Shown: positions 28,657 to 39,380, counted from the stretch's first letter. The stretch is DNA of 64,000 bases from Dehalococcoidia bacterium (GCA_015478665.1 JADMII010000004.1:80586-144585); one strand, 5' to 3'. Made by a program: numbers and translations. Notes: generated by a model from the sequence alone, not told the origin.

Positions 28657-30048
28657 ATGGGCGATACGCCGGACGGCATCCGCACGGAATCGGACTCACT
28701 CGGCGATGTGCGGGTGCCGGCGGCCGCCTACTACGGCGCCCAGACCCAGCGCGCCGTCGAGAATTTTCCCATCTCCGGGCTGCGCGCGCATCCCGCGCTC
28801 ATCCGCGCGACGGCGCTGATCAAGCGCGCATCGGCCCGCGCCAACCGCCAGCTCGGCAAGCTCGACGAGCGGCTGGCCAGCGCGATCGAGCAGGCGGCGC
28901 AGGAGATCGCCGACGGGCAGCTGCGCGACCAGTTCGTCGTCGACGTGTTCCAGGCCGGCGCCGGCACGTCGTACAACATGAACGCCAACGAGGTCATCGC
29001 CAACCGCGCCAACGAGATCCTCGGCGGCGCGCGCGGCATGTACGCGCCGGTGCATCCGAACGACCACGTGAACATGAGCCAGTCGACGAACGACACGGTG
29101 CCGGCCGCCATCCGCATCGCCGGCCTGGAGCTCGCCACGCCGCTGCTCGCCGCGCTCGATGCGCTCGCCGCCGCGCTCGAAGACAAGGCGCGCGAGTTCG
29201 GCGACGTGCTGAAGTCGGGCCGCACGCATCTCCAGGACGCCGTGCCGATCCGCCTCGGGCAGGAGTTCGCCGGCTGGGCGTGGACGCTCCGACGCGATCG
29301 CCGGCGCATCGACGCGGCCGTGGACTGCCTGCGCGAGATCAACCTCGGCGGCACGGCCGTCGGCACCGGCATGAACACGGCGGCAGACTACGCCGCCAAC
29401 GTCGCCCTCGAGTTCCCCGGGCTCGACCTGCATCCGGCGGCGAACCTGATCGCCGTCACGCAGTCGATGTCTGACTTCGCGCACGGCTCGGGCGCCCTGC
29501 GCACCGTCGCGCTGGACCTTATCCAGATCGCCAACGACCTGCGCCTGCTCAGCTCCGGCCCGCGCACCGGCCTCGCGGAGATCGCCCTGCCGGCAGTGCA
29601 GCCGGGCTCGTCGATCATGCCGGGCAAGGTCAACCCGGTGATGGCCGAGATGACCGACATGGTCTGCTTCCAGGTCGTCGGCAACGACACGACGATCGCC
29701 CTGGCGACGCAGGCCGGCCAGCTCGAGCTGAACGTCATGATGCCGGTCATCGCCCATAACCTGCTGCAGTCGTTGGAGATCCTCGCGCAGGCCGTCGTCG
29801 CGCTCACGGAGCGATGCGTGCGCGGGATCACCGCCGATCGCGCGCGGGCGCGGCGCTACTTCGAGTCCAGCGTCGGTCTGGCGACGGTGCTGAACCCGCT
29901 CATCGGCTATCGCGCCGCGGCGAAGGTCGCGCAGGAATCCGAGCGCACCGGCGAGACGATCCTCGAGGTGGTGCGCCGGCGCAAGCTGCTCACGGAGGAA
30001 CAGATCGGCGAGCTGTTCGACCCCGCCCGCCTCACCGAGCCGCGCTGA
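28657..30048 (+). CDS. aspA: Aspartate ammonia-lyase (fumarase/aspartase family)
   Basis: GSSIMPGKVNPVMAEM signature, where a Val after NP favours aspartase over FumC; QSTNDTVP motif; internal ATG at residue 162 of the track ORF. Confidence 0.75.
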   Translation: MGDTPDGIRTESDSLGDVRVPAAAYYGAQTQRAVENFPISGLRAHPALIRATALIKRASARANRQLGKLDERLASAIEQAAQEIADGQLRDQFVVDVFQAGAGTSYNMNANEVIANRANEILGGARGMYAPVHPNDHVNMSQSTNDTVPAAIRIAGLELATPLLAALDALAAALEDKAREFGDVLKSGRTHLQDAVPIRLGQEFAGWAWTLRRDRRRIDAAVDCLREINLGGTAVGTGMNTAADYAANVALEFPGLDLHPAANLIAVTQSMSDFAHGSGALRTVALDLIQIANDLRLLSSGPRTGLAEIALPAVQPGSSIMPGKVNPVMAEMTDMVCFQVVGNDTTIALATQAGQLELNVMMPVIAHNLLQSLEILAQAVVALTERCVRGITADRARARRYFESSVGLATVLNPLIGYRAAAKVAQESERTGETILEVVRRRKLLTEEQIGELFDPARLTEPR

Positions 30049-30310
30049 CGGACGCGGCGCGCCGGCGCGCTTCAACGCCGCCACGACGCCCATGCGGCCC
30101 GGCCGCGGCATTCCACCGCCCGGCGTCGGGCTGCCGCCGAAGCGGGCTTCCCGCGCCGGCCGCCCGTCCTGGCTTCGGCCTCCGCCGTCCGCCGCCAACC
30201 CTCCACTCCAGTGCCGCATCGATGCCCGCCTCCCGGAACGGCCGTATCCGGGGTTTCCCCGACGCAGCAGCGGCCGTCCCCGGCCGAGACATCGCACGGG
30301 GGACACCACT

Positions 30311-30859
30311 GTGACACGATTGCTCCGCGACCCGCTCTACACCGGCGCGCTCGCCGCGCTCGTCGCCGTATCGCTCATCGCGGTCGTGCTCGCGGCTGGC
30401 AGCGGCAGCTCGAGCGCCGCCGCGCAGGCCGCGCGCAACCAGTCGCGGACCGCCGTCGCGACGCGGACCGGTCTGCCGGCGACCGCCACGCCGGCGCCGG
30501 CGCCGACGCCGCAGCTGTACGAGGTGCTGCTCGATGCTCGCCGCGCGCTGGATCTTTCGGCGCTCCGGGACGCTCTCCTGAACTACCGCCGCCGCTTCGG
30601 CGCCTACCCGACGACCGGCGGCGCGCTGCAGACGGTGTGCAAGACGCCCGGTGACGCGGGCTGCGCGCTGTCGGCCGTGAGCGGGACGCTTTCGTACAAC
30701 GACGGTGAGTTCGACTACCTGTACGCATCGGACGGCCGCGCATTCACCTTGTGGACGCGCCTGCAGACGCCGGTGACTCCGAACGGCTGCGACGGCACGC
30801 TGCCGCCCGCGCTCGCCGGACTGCCCGTGTACTGCCTCGGCTCGAAGGGGGAGCAGTGA
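30311..30859 (+). CDS. Membrane-anchored extracytoplasmic protein, 4 Cys (hypothetical)
   Basis: GTG start after GGGGGA; N-terminal TM helix, then an Ala/Thr/Pro-rich linker and a Cys-containing domain. Confidence 0.5.
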   Translation: MTRLLRDPLYTGALAALVAVSLIAVVLAAGSGSSSAAAQAARNQSRTAVATRTGLPATATPAPAPTPQLYEVLLDARRALDLSALRDALLNYRRRFGAYPTTGGALQTVCKTPGDAGCALSAVSGTLSYNDGEFDYLYASDGRAFTLWTRLQTPVTPNGCDGTLPPALAGLPVYCLGSKGEQ

Positions 30860-31506
30860 TGGAAGCTCGAAGCAAGAACCTCGTCATCGGGCTGGCGCCG
30901 GTGTTCGCCGGCGGCGTCATCGCCGTCGCGGCGACCACGCGCGCCGGCGGCTTCATGCTCCAACTGCCGTTGCAGGCGGTCGTCGTCGCCGCCGTGTTGA
31001 CGATGGCCTGGCGCGTCGCCGCGACCATCGAGCGCGCCCGCGCCGACGTCGCCATCGCCGCCGTGAAGCCGGTCGTGCTGCAGCGCATGACCGGCGACCG
31101 CCGCCGCCCGACGTTCGACCGCGAGACCGGGCTCCTCGCCGACTGGTACTTCCGCCTGCGTGTCGAAGAAGAGATCGCGCGCGCGCAGCGCTACGGCCAG
31201 AAGTTCACGATGCTGCGCATCGCGCACGCCGGAGCCGATGCGCGCGGCGGCATCGCCCGCTCCGCGCGCACCTGCCTGCGGGCCATCGACCTCGCCGGAA
31301 GCGTCGGCTCGATGACGTGCGTGCTGCTGCCCAATACCAGCCGCGACGCGGCAAGCACCGTCGCCGACCGCCTGCTTGAGCTCGTGCCGGGCGCGCGGAT
31401 CGACGCCGCCGAGTGCCCCAGCGAGGCGTCGACGCTCGCCGGCCTGCTCGGCGAGACCGAATGGACGACGAGCGAGCAGTCCGCGGCCGAAGACGAAGCG
31501 GCCTAA
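30859..31506 (+). CDS. Membrane protein with degenerate GGDEF-like domain (no GG[DE]EF motif)
   Basis: ATGA overlap with the upstream gene; one TM helix; RETGLLADWYF...RAQRYGQKF resembles the start of a GGDEF domain, but the catalytic motif is replaced by GSVGSM. Confidence 0.45.
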   Translation: MEARSKNLVIGLAPVFAGGVIAVAATTRAGGFMLQLPLQAVVVAAVLTMAWRVAATIERARADVAIAAVKPVVLQRMTGDRRRPTFDRETGLLADWYFRLRVEEEIARAQRYGQKFTMLRIAHAGADARGGIARSARTCLRAIDLAGSVGSMTCVLLPNTSRDAASTVADRLLELVPGARIDAAECPSEASTLAGLLGETEWTTSEQSAAEDEAA

Positions 31507-31871
31507 GGCCGTCGCCAACCGGCGTCCCAAACTCACACGGATGAGTGGCGTTGGACGCCGCCGACGCTGGCCGCAGAGCTCGACCGGGACGACAGCCTGG
31601 CGCGCAGCCGGTCGCTCCTGCCACGGCGCGGCGGGCGCAGCGGCGGCGCCGTCTGGCCACCGTCTACGGTGCGCTCGCGACCGGCGATGGACGAGGCCTC
31701 GCCCGACGCGAGGAAGCGCACCAGCGCGGCGGCCTCGTTCGGCGTCCAACCGCTTCATCGGTTGCGGATCGCGCGCACACGCCGGACGGTCGCCGCGCCT
31801 CCACGCGAGGTGTGACGCGGCGCAGGTCGCTCGTGTACGCTTGCGAGGGTGCACGGCGTAAGGGGTATTCG

Positions 31872-33734
31872 TTGAGAACACCTGCTTCACCGCCCGCCGA
31901 AAGTGTCCCGCGCCAGCAACTCGCGTTCACCCGGTTGACGCGGCCGCTGCGGAACTACCTGGCGACCGAGACAGGCGGCGCCGCGCTGCTCATCGCGGCG
32001 TCGGTCGTTGCGCTCGTGTGGGCGAATTCACCCTGGTCGGCGCCGTACGAGTCGATCTGGAACACCGTTCTCTCGATTCACGTCGGGTCATACCAGCTCT
32101 CGATGGACCTGCGGCGCTGGGTCAACGACGGCCTGATGGTGCTCTTCTTCTTCGTGGTGGGACTGGAAGTCCGCCGCGAGATTTCCGTCGGCGAACTGGC
32201 GGAGCCCCGGAGCCTCGTGCTTCCCGTCGTCGCGGCGCTCGGCGGAGCTGTCATCCCGGCGGCGTTATACCTGCTGCTGAACCCGTCGGGAGACGCGGCG
32301 CGCGGCTGGGGCGTCGTCGTGGGCACCGATACCGCGTTCCTGCTCGGCGCGCTGACGCTCGTGGGGCCGCGGCTCTCTACGCAGTTGCGTGTCTTCCTGC
32401 TGACGCTGACCATCGGCGACGATCTGATCGCGGTGAGCGTCATCGCGCTGTTCTACGCGGACTCCATCAACCTCGTCGCGCTCATGGTCGCGGTCGCATG
32501 TCTGGGGGTGTTCGCGCTCCTTTCGCAGCTGCGCGCGTGGCAGACAACAGCGTACGCCATCGTCGGACTCGTGCTGTGGGTGGCGACGGTGGAGTCCGGT
32601 GTGCACCCGTCGATCAGCGGCATGGTCGCCGGACTGCTGATCGCTGCGCATCCGCCGGAGCGGGATGCGATCGAGCGAGCGGCTTCGCTGTTCCGCGCGT
32701 TTCGCCAATCGCCTCTGCCGGCGGCCGGCCGCTCGGCGAAGATCGGCCTGCAACAGGCCGTCTCCGTCAACGAACGGCTGCAGGCGGTATGGCATCCGTG
32801 GACGAGCTACTGGATCGTCCCGATCTTTGCGTTCGCGAACGCGGGCGTGGATCTACGCGGCGGCCTTCTACAAGACGCACTGCGCTCGCCGATTACGTGG
32901 GGCGTCGTGCTGGGCCTGGTCGTCGGCAAGCCGGTCGGTATCGCGGTGGCCACGTTCGTCGTTGTCCGGTTGGGCTGGGGATCGCTGCCGCGCGGCGTTG
33001 GGTCCGGGCAGCTCGTCGGTGGCGGGGCGCTCTCTGGCATCGGCTTCACGGTGTCGCTTCTTGTCACGGCGCTGGCCTTTGAGTCGTCTACGCTAGCAGG
33101 TGAAGCGACGGTCGGGGTTCTGCTCGCCGCCGTCTTGTCGACCGCGAACGGCTGGGTGATCTTCCGGCTCGCCGCCGTCGTGCTCGGCGAGCGCACGGCG
33201 GTGCTCCCGATGGTTCTCGATCCGCCGGTCGACGCCGGGCGTGACCACGTCCGCGGCCGGGCGGCTGCGCAGCTGACGCTCGCCGAGTATGGAGACTTCG
33301 AGTGCCCATTCTGCAGCGGCGCGACGGGGATCATCGCCGACTTGGCCGATCGGCTGGGCGACGACTTCCGTTACGTCTTCCGCCACCTTCCACTGACGGA
33401 CGTCCATCCGCACGCCGAACTGGCTGCGCAAGCGGCCGAGGCGGCCGCGGCGCAGGGCCGGTTCTGGGAGATGCACGACCTGCTGTTTCTTCACCAGGAT
33501 CAACTCGAGCTTCCGGACCTCGTCGGGTATGCGGCGCGGCTGGGACTGGATGTCGAGCGGTTCGCGCGCGAACTGGAATCCGGCCAGCATCTCGCCCGGA
33601 TCCGGCAAGACGTGCTGAGCGCGGAAGAGAGCGGCGCTCGAGGCACACCGACGTTCTTCATTGGTTCCAGGCGCCACACCGGAGCCTACGACGTGGAGAA
33701 GTTGTTCGAGGAACTCACCGAAACGATGACGTAG
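31872..33734 (+). CDS. nhaA: Na+/H+ antiporter NhaA fused to C-terminal DsbA-like thioredoxin domain
   Basis: TTG start after AAGGGG; the NhaA core (GGAALLIAA...[12 protein letters not shown]...FANAGV) followed by a CPFC thioredoxin-fold domain. Confidence 0.8.
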   Translation: MRTPASPPAESVPRQQLAFTRLTRPLRNYLATETGGAALLIAASVVALVWANSPWSAPYESIWNTVLSIHVGSYQLSMDLRRWVNDGLMVLFFFVVGLEVRREISVGELAEPRSLVLPVVAALGGAVIPAALYLLLNPSGDAARGWGVVVGTDTAFLLGALTLVGPRLSTQLRVFLLTLTIGDDLIAVSVIALFYADSINLVALMVAVACLGVFALLSQLRAWQTTAYAIVGLVLWVATVESGVHPSISGMVAGLLIAAHPPERDAIERAASLFRAFRQSPLPAAGRSAKIGLQQAVSVNERLQAVWHPWTSYWIVPIFAFANAGVDLRGGLLQDALRSPITWGVVLGLVVGKPVGIAVATFVVVRLGWGSLPRGVGSGQLVGGGALSGIGFTVSLLVTALAFESSTLAGEATVGVLLAAVLSTANGWVIFRLAAVVLGERTAVLPMVLDPPVDAGRDHVRGRAAAQLTLAEYGDFECPFCSGATGIIADLADRLGDDFRYVFRHLPLTDVHPHAELAAQAAEAAAAQGRFWEMHDLLFLHQDQLELPDLVGYAARLGLDVERFARELESGQHLARIRQDVLSAEESGARGTPTFFIGSRRHTGAYDVEKLFEELTETMT

Positions 33735-33904
33735 AGCGGGCGTTGGCCCGGAGCAGACGCCGGGACGTCGTCAACGCCGGGACGCCGCCGGCGCCCGGAC
33801 GTTGCTGCGACCTTTGCATGCGAACGCGACGTGTAGTGCGTTCGGCTACCGGCACGAAGCATGGAAATCGCTCGCCTGCGCGGCGCAGAAGCACTCGCCG
33901 ACAA

Positions 33905-34351
33905 TCAAGGCGCCCGGAATCCGTTCGCACGGTGCGTGCCGTCGCAGAACGGCTTGTTGTCCGATCCGCCGCATCGGCAGAGCGCGACACGCGTTGCCTC
34001 CCTGACCGGCGACCCGTCCGCGCCCACGATGCGGATGCGGCCGCGGAGGAATAGCGGGCCGTTTCGCCACACTGTCACTTCGGTATCGGCCGGTGCTTGC
34101 TCCTGCGGGCCACCATCGAGCCGCGCGAAGGACAACGCGCCGGTCGGGCAGCCCGCGACGACTCCGGCGATCGCATCCGCGGACGCGGCAGTGATATCGA
34201 TCCATGGCCGCCTCCGAACGTCGAACACCTGCGGGAGCCCCTCGAGGCAGCGCGCCGTGTGGATGCAATATGCCGGCTCCCAATACACCACGATCTGCTC
34301 GCTCCGGTACTCGCGTGCCACGCCGGGCTGTTTGCGCTCGCCTTCCTCCAT
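33905..34351 (-). CDS. CDGSH iron-sulfur domain protein with N-terminal divergent 4Fe-4S mono-cluster domain
   Basis: C-terminal CRCGGSDNKPFCDGTH is the CDGSH signature; the N-terminal YWEPAYCIHTARC..C region supplies further Cys ligands. Confidence 0.7.
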   Translation of the reverse strand: MEEGERKQPGVAREYRSEQIVVYWEPAYCIHTARCLEGLPQVFDVRRRPWIDITAASADAIAGVVAGCPTGALSFARLDGGPQEQAPADTEVTVWRNGPLFLRGRIRIVGADGSPVREATRVALCRCGGSDNKPFCDGTHRANGFRAP

Positions 34352-34373
34352 GTCCGCCCTCCCGGATGCGCTG

Positions 34374-34799
34374 CTAGATCACCCCGATCTGCTTCAAGAA
34401 ACCTACCTGGTCGTAGAACAGGTTCTCCTCCACGATCTCGCCGTCCTTCCAGCGCGCGACGGTGCAGAACTGCAACTCGAATGTCTTGCCCGTCGCCGCC
34501 ACAGACCTTCCGTCGGGCGCCTGCCACGGACCGACCATCTTCCCCTTCCACCTGGCGATCGTGCAGGTCCAGTCCCCGGACCCGAACATCACCTTGTAGG
34601 GGTCGTTCTCCAGGCTGTTTTCGATTGATTTGAAGAACGCCTCCGACTCAGCCTGGTGCGCGTTTCGCCCCCGCGTCGGCTCCGGCTGGCCCGGCCAGTA
34701 GACTGCCGTGTCCGCGGCGTGCCGCTTCCGGAACACCTCCCAGTCCCGGGCGTTCCACGCATCGTCGAGCGTCTTCATGAGTTCCAGATTGTCCGCCAT
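34374..34799 (-). CDS. SnoaL-like / NTF2-fold ester-cyclase family protein
   Basis: Internal ATG (MADNLELMK...) preceded by GGAAGG; 141 aa with an NTF2-like pattern. Confidence 0.6.
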   Translation of the reverse strand: MADNLELMKTLDDAWNARDWEVFRKRHAADTAVYWPGQPEPTRGRNAHQAESEAFFKSIENSLENDPYKVMFGSGDWTCTIARWKGKMVGPWQAPDGRSVAATGKTFELQFCTVARWKDGEIVEENLFYDQVGFLKQIGVI

Positions 34800-35347
34800 C
34801 AAGAACCTTCCTGTTCTCGAACCCTGACCCGGAGCGCGCGCAACCCGATTCCGGCTGGTGGCGTCCGCTCGCGTGGACCTCGGATGAGCATTGTACGATG
34901 GCGCACCGGCGGGGTGTAACGAGCCGATGGAGGTACGGCCGGGAAGCCCGAGCCGGGGACGCGCGTTCCAGCATCGCAGTTCGTACCCAGGTGCCTCACT
35001 TGCCAGCTGTGACGAACGAGCGTATAGTGGATTATGAAACGGAAGCATGTCACGCGATGCTTGCATCACGGGGGAAAAACGCGAAGGCGACCGTGAGCGA
35101 GCTGCTCGCGTCGCCGGCAGCTGGCGGAACGAGCATGTCAGGAGCGACCCGGACCCATTCGGCCGCGGCTCGCCGTCACGAGGTGTCGACGCGGTCATGG
35201 GCGGGCTCGAGCGCCAGCTCGCGACGACTGCCCGAAGGCGGAATACTGCCGCCAACATCATGTTTCGGAGTACGGCAGGGACATCGCGCTGAAGACGGGA
35301 GCAGTACGCCAGAGTTCCGGCGCGCGCACCCGGTAAGGAGCAAATCC

Positions 35348-35824
35348 ATGGCACTGGTAACCCGGCTCAACCACGCAGTCCTCTACGTCTCCGACCTGGC
35401 GCGCTCGCTCGAGTTCTATCAGCGTGCGTTCGGGTTCACGGTCGTCGACCGGATGGGCGACGAGGCCGTCTTCCTGCGGGCCGCACACACCGACAATCAC
35501 CACGACCTCGCCCTGATGTCGGTGGGGGCGAACGCGCCGCGTCCGGCGCCGCGTTCCGTCGGCCTCTACCATCTTGCCTGGCAGGTGGCCACGATGGAGG
35601 AGTTGGCGGAGATGGCGGGGCGCCTGACTGGGCTCGATGCGCTCACCGGCATGAGTGACCATGGGGTTTCGAAGTCCCTGTACGGCCAAGACCCCGACGG
35701 CATCGAGTTTGAGATCATGTTCGAAGTGCCGCGCGACCAGTGGGGCCGATACGAACAGCAGGCGGTCGTGATGCCGCTGAATCTCGAACGAGAGCTCCAG
35801 CGGTTCGGCTCGACCGGGACGTGA
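35348..35824 (+). CDS. VOC-family (glyoxalase/bleomycin-resistance/dioxygenase) protein
   Basis: ATG preceded by AAGGAG; LNHAVLYVSDLARSLEFYQRAFGF is a typical VOC N-terminus. Confidence 0.7.
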   Translation: MALVTRLNHAVLYVSDLARSLEFYQRAFGFTVVDRMGDEAVFLRAAHTDNHHDLALMSVGANAPRPAPRSVGLYHLAWQVATMEELAEMAGRLTGLDALTGMSDHGVSKSLYGQDPDGIEFEIMFEVPRDQWGRYEQQAVVMPLNLERELQRFGSTGT

Positions 35825-36297
35825 GAAGGGCATCGAGCCGGCGATGAACGCATCCGGCGATGCCCACGGACGACGCTGCCCGACCTCCACCTCCCCCGGC
35901 GCCGCCACGACTTGCACACGATCCCCGGACACGACCTGCGCGCCGGGCATCTGCTGGCCCAAGGTCAGTGGAGCGACAGCGGCGCCTCCCCGTGCGCCCC
36001 ACATGGACGCTCTGCGCCGTGGAGTGCATCGCAGGCGCTGACAGGGCTGTTGTCGCCGCAATCCTTCAAGTCAAGACAGTCGTGTCAGCGCCCGCCCTCG
36101 TCGTGTCGCGCATTCCACCTCCCACCTCGCACCTCCACCTCGCACTTCTCATCGCCTCCGACCTCCGGCCTGTGCCGTCCCACCTCCACCACCCGCACCA
36201 TCCGATTGCCGCCGAATGATCCGATTCATATGATGCAGATGATCCTGACGACCCCGCATCGGCCGGTGGGGCGGCGTAGCGAGAGAGGCACCCCCGC

Positions 36298-37812
36298 ATG
36301 CACGTCCGCGTCGCGTCCGGCGATATCACTCAGACCGAGACGCAGTGCGTCGTCGTGAATCTGTTCCAGGGCGTCGTCGCCCCGGCCGGCGCGTCGGGCG
36401 CCGTCGACCGCGCGCTCAGCGGCATGCTCACCGAGCTCATCGCCGCCGGCGACATCACCGGCAAGTGGGGCGAGCTGACGCTGCTCCACACCATCGGCCG
36501 CGCGCTGGCCGCGCCGCGCGTCCTCGTCGCCGGCCTTGGCACAGCCGACGAGTTCACGATCGACCGCGTGCGTGACCTCAGCGCCAACATCGCGCGCCTC
36601 CTCGGCGCACGACGAATCCGCGACGCCGCGACGATCACCCATGGCGCCGGCCTCCGCGCGCTCGATGCAGAGTCGTGCGCGCAGGCCATCGCCGAGGGCG
36701 CGCTGCTCGGGTCGTACCGATTCGATGCTCACAAGCAGCCGGAGGAGGATGCCACCCGCCTGAAGACGCTGACGATCGTCGAGAACGATCAGGCGAAGGT
36801 GGCGCCGCTGACGCGGGGCGCCGAACGCGGCGTGATCGTCGCCGAGGCGGCGAACTTCGCCCGCGACCTGGCGAACGAGCCGTCGAACGTCCTCACGCCG
36901 ACGGAGTTCGCCGCGCGCGCCGAGACGATGGCACGCGAGGAAGGCCTCGGCTGCCGCATCCTCGACCGCGACGAGTGCCAGCAGATGGGCATGGGCAGCT
37001 TTCTCGGCGTCGCCAAGGGCAGCCAGCAGCCGCCGAAGTTCATCGTGCTGACCTACCGGGGCGCCGGCGACGCCCGCCCTCTGGGCCTCATCGGCAAGGG
37101 CATCACCTTCGACACCGGCGGCATCTCGATCAAGCCCGCCGCCGGCATGGAAGAGATGAAGGCCGACATGACCGGCGGCGCCTGCGTCGTCGCCGCCATG
37201 CGCGCGATCGCCCGCCTGAGGCCGGCGGTCAACGTCACGGCGCTCGTGCCCGCGACCGAGAACATGCCCGGAGGCGGCGCCACCAAGCCGGGCGATGTGC
37301 TGCGCGCGATGAACGGCAAGACGATCGAGGTGATCAACACCGACGCCGAGGGCCGGCTCGTCCTCGCCGACGCGTTGTCGTATGCGGTCAAGCTCGACCT
37401 GTCGCCACTCGTCGACGTCGCGACGCTGACGGCTGCCATTGGGATCGCGCTCGGCGACGTCGCCTACGGCGTCTTCTCGAACAACGACGCGCTCGTCGGA
37501 CGCCTGCGCGCGTCTGCGACGGCGGCCGGCGAGAAGTGCTGGGAGATGCCGATGTTCGCGGAGTACCGCGACGCCATCAAGAGCCCGGTCGCCGATATGC
37601 GGAACAGCGGCGGCCGCAACGCCGGCGCGATCTTCGCGGCGTTCTTCCTCAAGGAGTTCATCGACGACCGGCCGTGGGCGCACCTGGACATCGCCGGCGT
37701 CGACTTCGTCGAGAAGGAGAAGGGCGTGCTCGTGAAGGGCTCGAGCGGCATCCCCGTGCGCACGCTGGTGAACCTCGTGCTGTCGTACGCGCCGGCGGCA
37801 GAGGCGAGCTGA
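36298..37812 (+). CDS. pepA: Leucyl aminopeptidase (M17)
   Basis: NTDAEGRL motif and GKGITFDTGG, the M17 signatures. Confidence 0.9.
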   Translation: MHVRVASGDITQTETQCVVVNLFQGVVAPAGASGAVDRALSGMLTELIAAGDITGKWGELTLLHTIGRALAAPRVLVAGLGTADEFTIDRVRDLSANIARLLGARRIRDAATITHGAGLRALDAESCAQAIAEGALLGSYRFDAHKQPEEDATRLKTLTIVENDQAKVAPLTRGAERGVIVAEAANFARDLANEPSNVLTPTEFAARAETMAREEGLGCRILDRDECQQMGMGSFLGVAKGSQQPPKFIVLTYRGAGDARPLGLIGKGITFDTGGISIKPAAGMEEMKADMTGGACVVAAMRAIARLRPAVNVTALVPATENMPGGGATKPGDVLRAMNGKTIEVINTDAEGRLVLADALSYAVKLDLSPLVDVATLTAAIGIALGDVAYGVFSNNDALVGRLRASATAAGEKCWEMPMFAEYRDAIKSPVADMRNSGGRNAGAIFAAFFLKEFIDDRPWAHLDIAGVDFVEKEKGVLVKGSSGIPVRTLVNLVLSYAPAAEAS

Positions 37813-37975
37813 CGATGCCGATCGCCGGCAGCCGTCGCCGTCCGACGCTTCACCGGGCAGGTCTGTGCCCGATGCGTCGGTTCACAGTGCGTCGTCGCCG
37901 CCGCTCGGAGGATGCGTGCGTCGCACACCTCGGTGCTGCGGGCGCGGAGCGGCTTGCGCATACACTGGAGGCAGC

Positions 37976-38051
37976 GGGCCCTTAGCTCAGCTGGCAGAGC
38001 AGCGGACTTTTAATCCGTCGGTCCTGGGTTCGAGCCCCAGAGGGCCCACCA
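37976..38051 (+). tRNA. tRNA-Lys (anticodon UUU)
   Basis: 76-nt cloverleaf: acceptor GGGCCCT/AGGGCCC, D-arm GCTCAGCTGGCAGAGC, anticodon loop CTTTTAA, T-arm CTGGGTTCGAGCCCCAG, and an encoded CCA. Confidence 0.9.
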
Positions 38052-38105
38052 CACCGCCCATTCTGAATCTGTAGGGACAGGTTGCAGCTCGCCGATCCTT
38101 CGCGA

Positions 38106-39380
38106 TCAGACGACGTGGATGCCGGGCGCGGGGTAGCCGCGGCAGAAGTCGCGGACCTCGGCGGCGATGCGGTCGAGCGCATCGCCGTCGTCGACGTGCG
38201 CGATCGCGTCGTCCATCCAGCGGCCGATCTGGCGCATGGCGTCCTCCTTCATGCCGCGCGTCGTCACCGAGGGCGTGCCGATGCGCAGCCCGCTGGGGCT
38301 GAACGGCTTCCGCGGGTCGAAGGGGATGGTGTTGTAGTTGCCGACGATGCCGGCGCGGTCGAGCGCCTTCGCCGCCTTCTTGCCGATCACCTGCTTCCCC
38401 GTCAGGTCGATGAGGATCAGGTGGTTGTCAGTGCCGCCGGTGATCAGGTCGAAGCCGCGTTCGCGCAGCTCGCCGGCGAGCGCCTTCGCGTTGGCGACGA
38501 TCTGCCGGCCGTACGCGCGGAACTCCGGCGTCGCCGCTTCCTTCAGCGCGATGCCGATGCCGGCGATGGTGTTCTCGTGCGGGCCGCCCTGGAGCGCCGG
38601 GAAGACCGCCTTGTCGATCGCTTCGGCATGCTCCTGCTTGCAGAGGATCATCGCGCCGCGCGGCCCGCGCAGCGTCTTGTGCGTCGTCGTCATGACGGCG
38701 TCAGCGTAGGGGGTCGGATCCGGGTGGACGCCGGAGACGATGAGGCCGCTGATGTGCGAGATATCGGCGAGGAAGTAGGCGCCGGCCTCCTTCGCGATGG
38801 CGCCGAACGCCGCGAAGTCGTACTGGCGCGGGTACGCCGTCGCGCCGGCGACAATGATCCGCGGCCGCTCGGCGAGGGCGATCTCGCGCACCCGGTCGTA
38901 GTCGATGAGGTGCGTCTTCGGGTCGACCTCATAGCGGACGGAGTTCCAGAAGCGGCCGGTGGCGCTGACGTTCCAGCCGTGGGTGAGGTGGCCGCCGTGC
39001 GGCAGCGCCAGGCCCATGATCGTATCGCCCGGCTCGAGCAGCGCGTAGTAGACCGCGAAGTTCGCCGGCGAGCCGGAGTAGGGCTGCACGTTCGCGTGCT
39101 CGGCGCCGAAGAGCGCCGTCGCCCGCTCCTGCACCAGCGTCTCGATCCGGTCGACGTTCCGCTGGCCCTCGTAGTAGCGCTTGCCGGGGTAGCCTTCGGA
39201 GTACTTGTTCGCGAGTGCGGAGCCGGTCGCCTCCATCACCGCGCGCGAGGTGTAGTTCTCCGACGGGATCAGCCGCACGGTGTCGACTTGGTACTGCTCT
39301 TCGGCCTTGATCAGCTCGTAGAGCTCGCGGTCGGTGCGTTCGACTTCGCTGAGGTAGCGGTCGCCAACCTGTGTCGTCAT
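38106..39380 (-). CDS. glyA: Serine hydroxymethyltransferase
   Basis: The PLP-binding motif TTTHKTLRGPRG is diagnostic; 424 aa. Confidence 0.95.
   Translation of the reverse strand: MTTQVGDRYLSEVERTDRELYELIKAEEQYQVDTVRLIPSENYTSRAVMEATGSALANKYSEGYPGKRYYEGQRNVDRIETLVQERATALFGAEHANVQPYSGSPANFAVYYALLEPGDTIMGLALPHGGHLTHGWNVSATGRFWNSVRYEVDPKTHLIDYDRVREIALAERPRIIVAGATAYPRQYDFAAFGAIAKEAGAYFLADISHISGLIVSGVHPDPTPYADAVMTTTHKTLRGPRGAMILCKQEHAEAIDKAVFPALQGGPHENTIAGIGIALKEAATPEFRAYGRQIVANAKALAGELRERGFDLITGGTDNHLILIDLTGKQVIGKKAAKALDRAGIVGNYNTIPFDPRKPFSPSGLRIGTPSVTTRGMKEDAMRQIGRWMDDAIAHVDDGDALDRIAAEVRDFCRGYPAPGIHVV

Noticed and set aside
35258-36061. 267-aa minus-strand ORF antisense to the VOC gene
   Set aside because: Antisense artefact; the plus-strand VOC gene has an AAGGAG RBS and a typical VOC N-terminus
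37976-38105. Possible integrated element at the tRNA-Lys 3' end
   Set aside because: No integrase, no direct repeat of the tRNA 3' end, and no GC-content shift; glyA follows immediately
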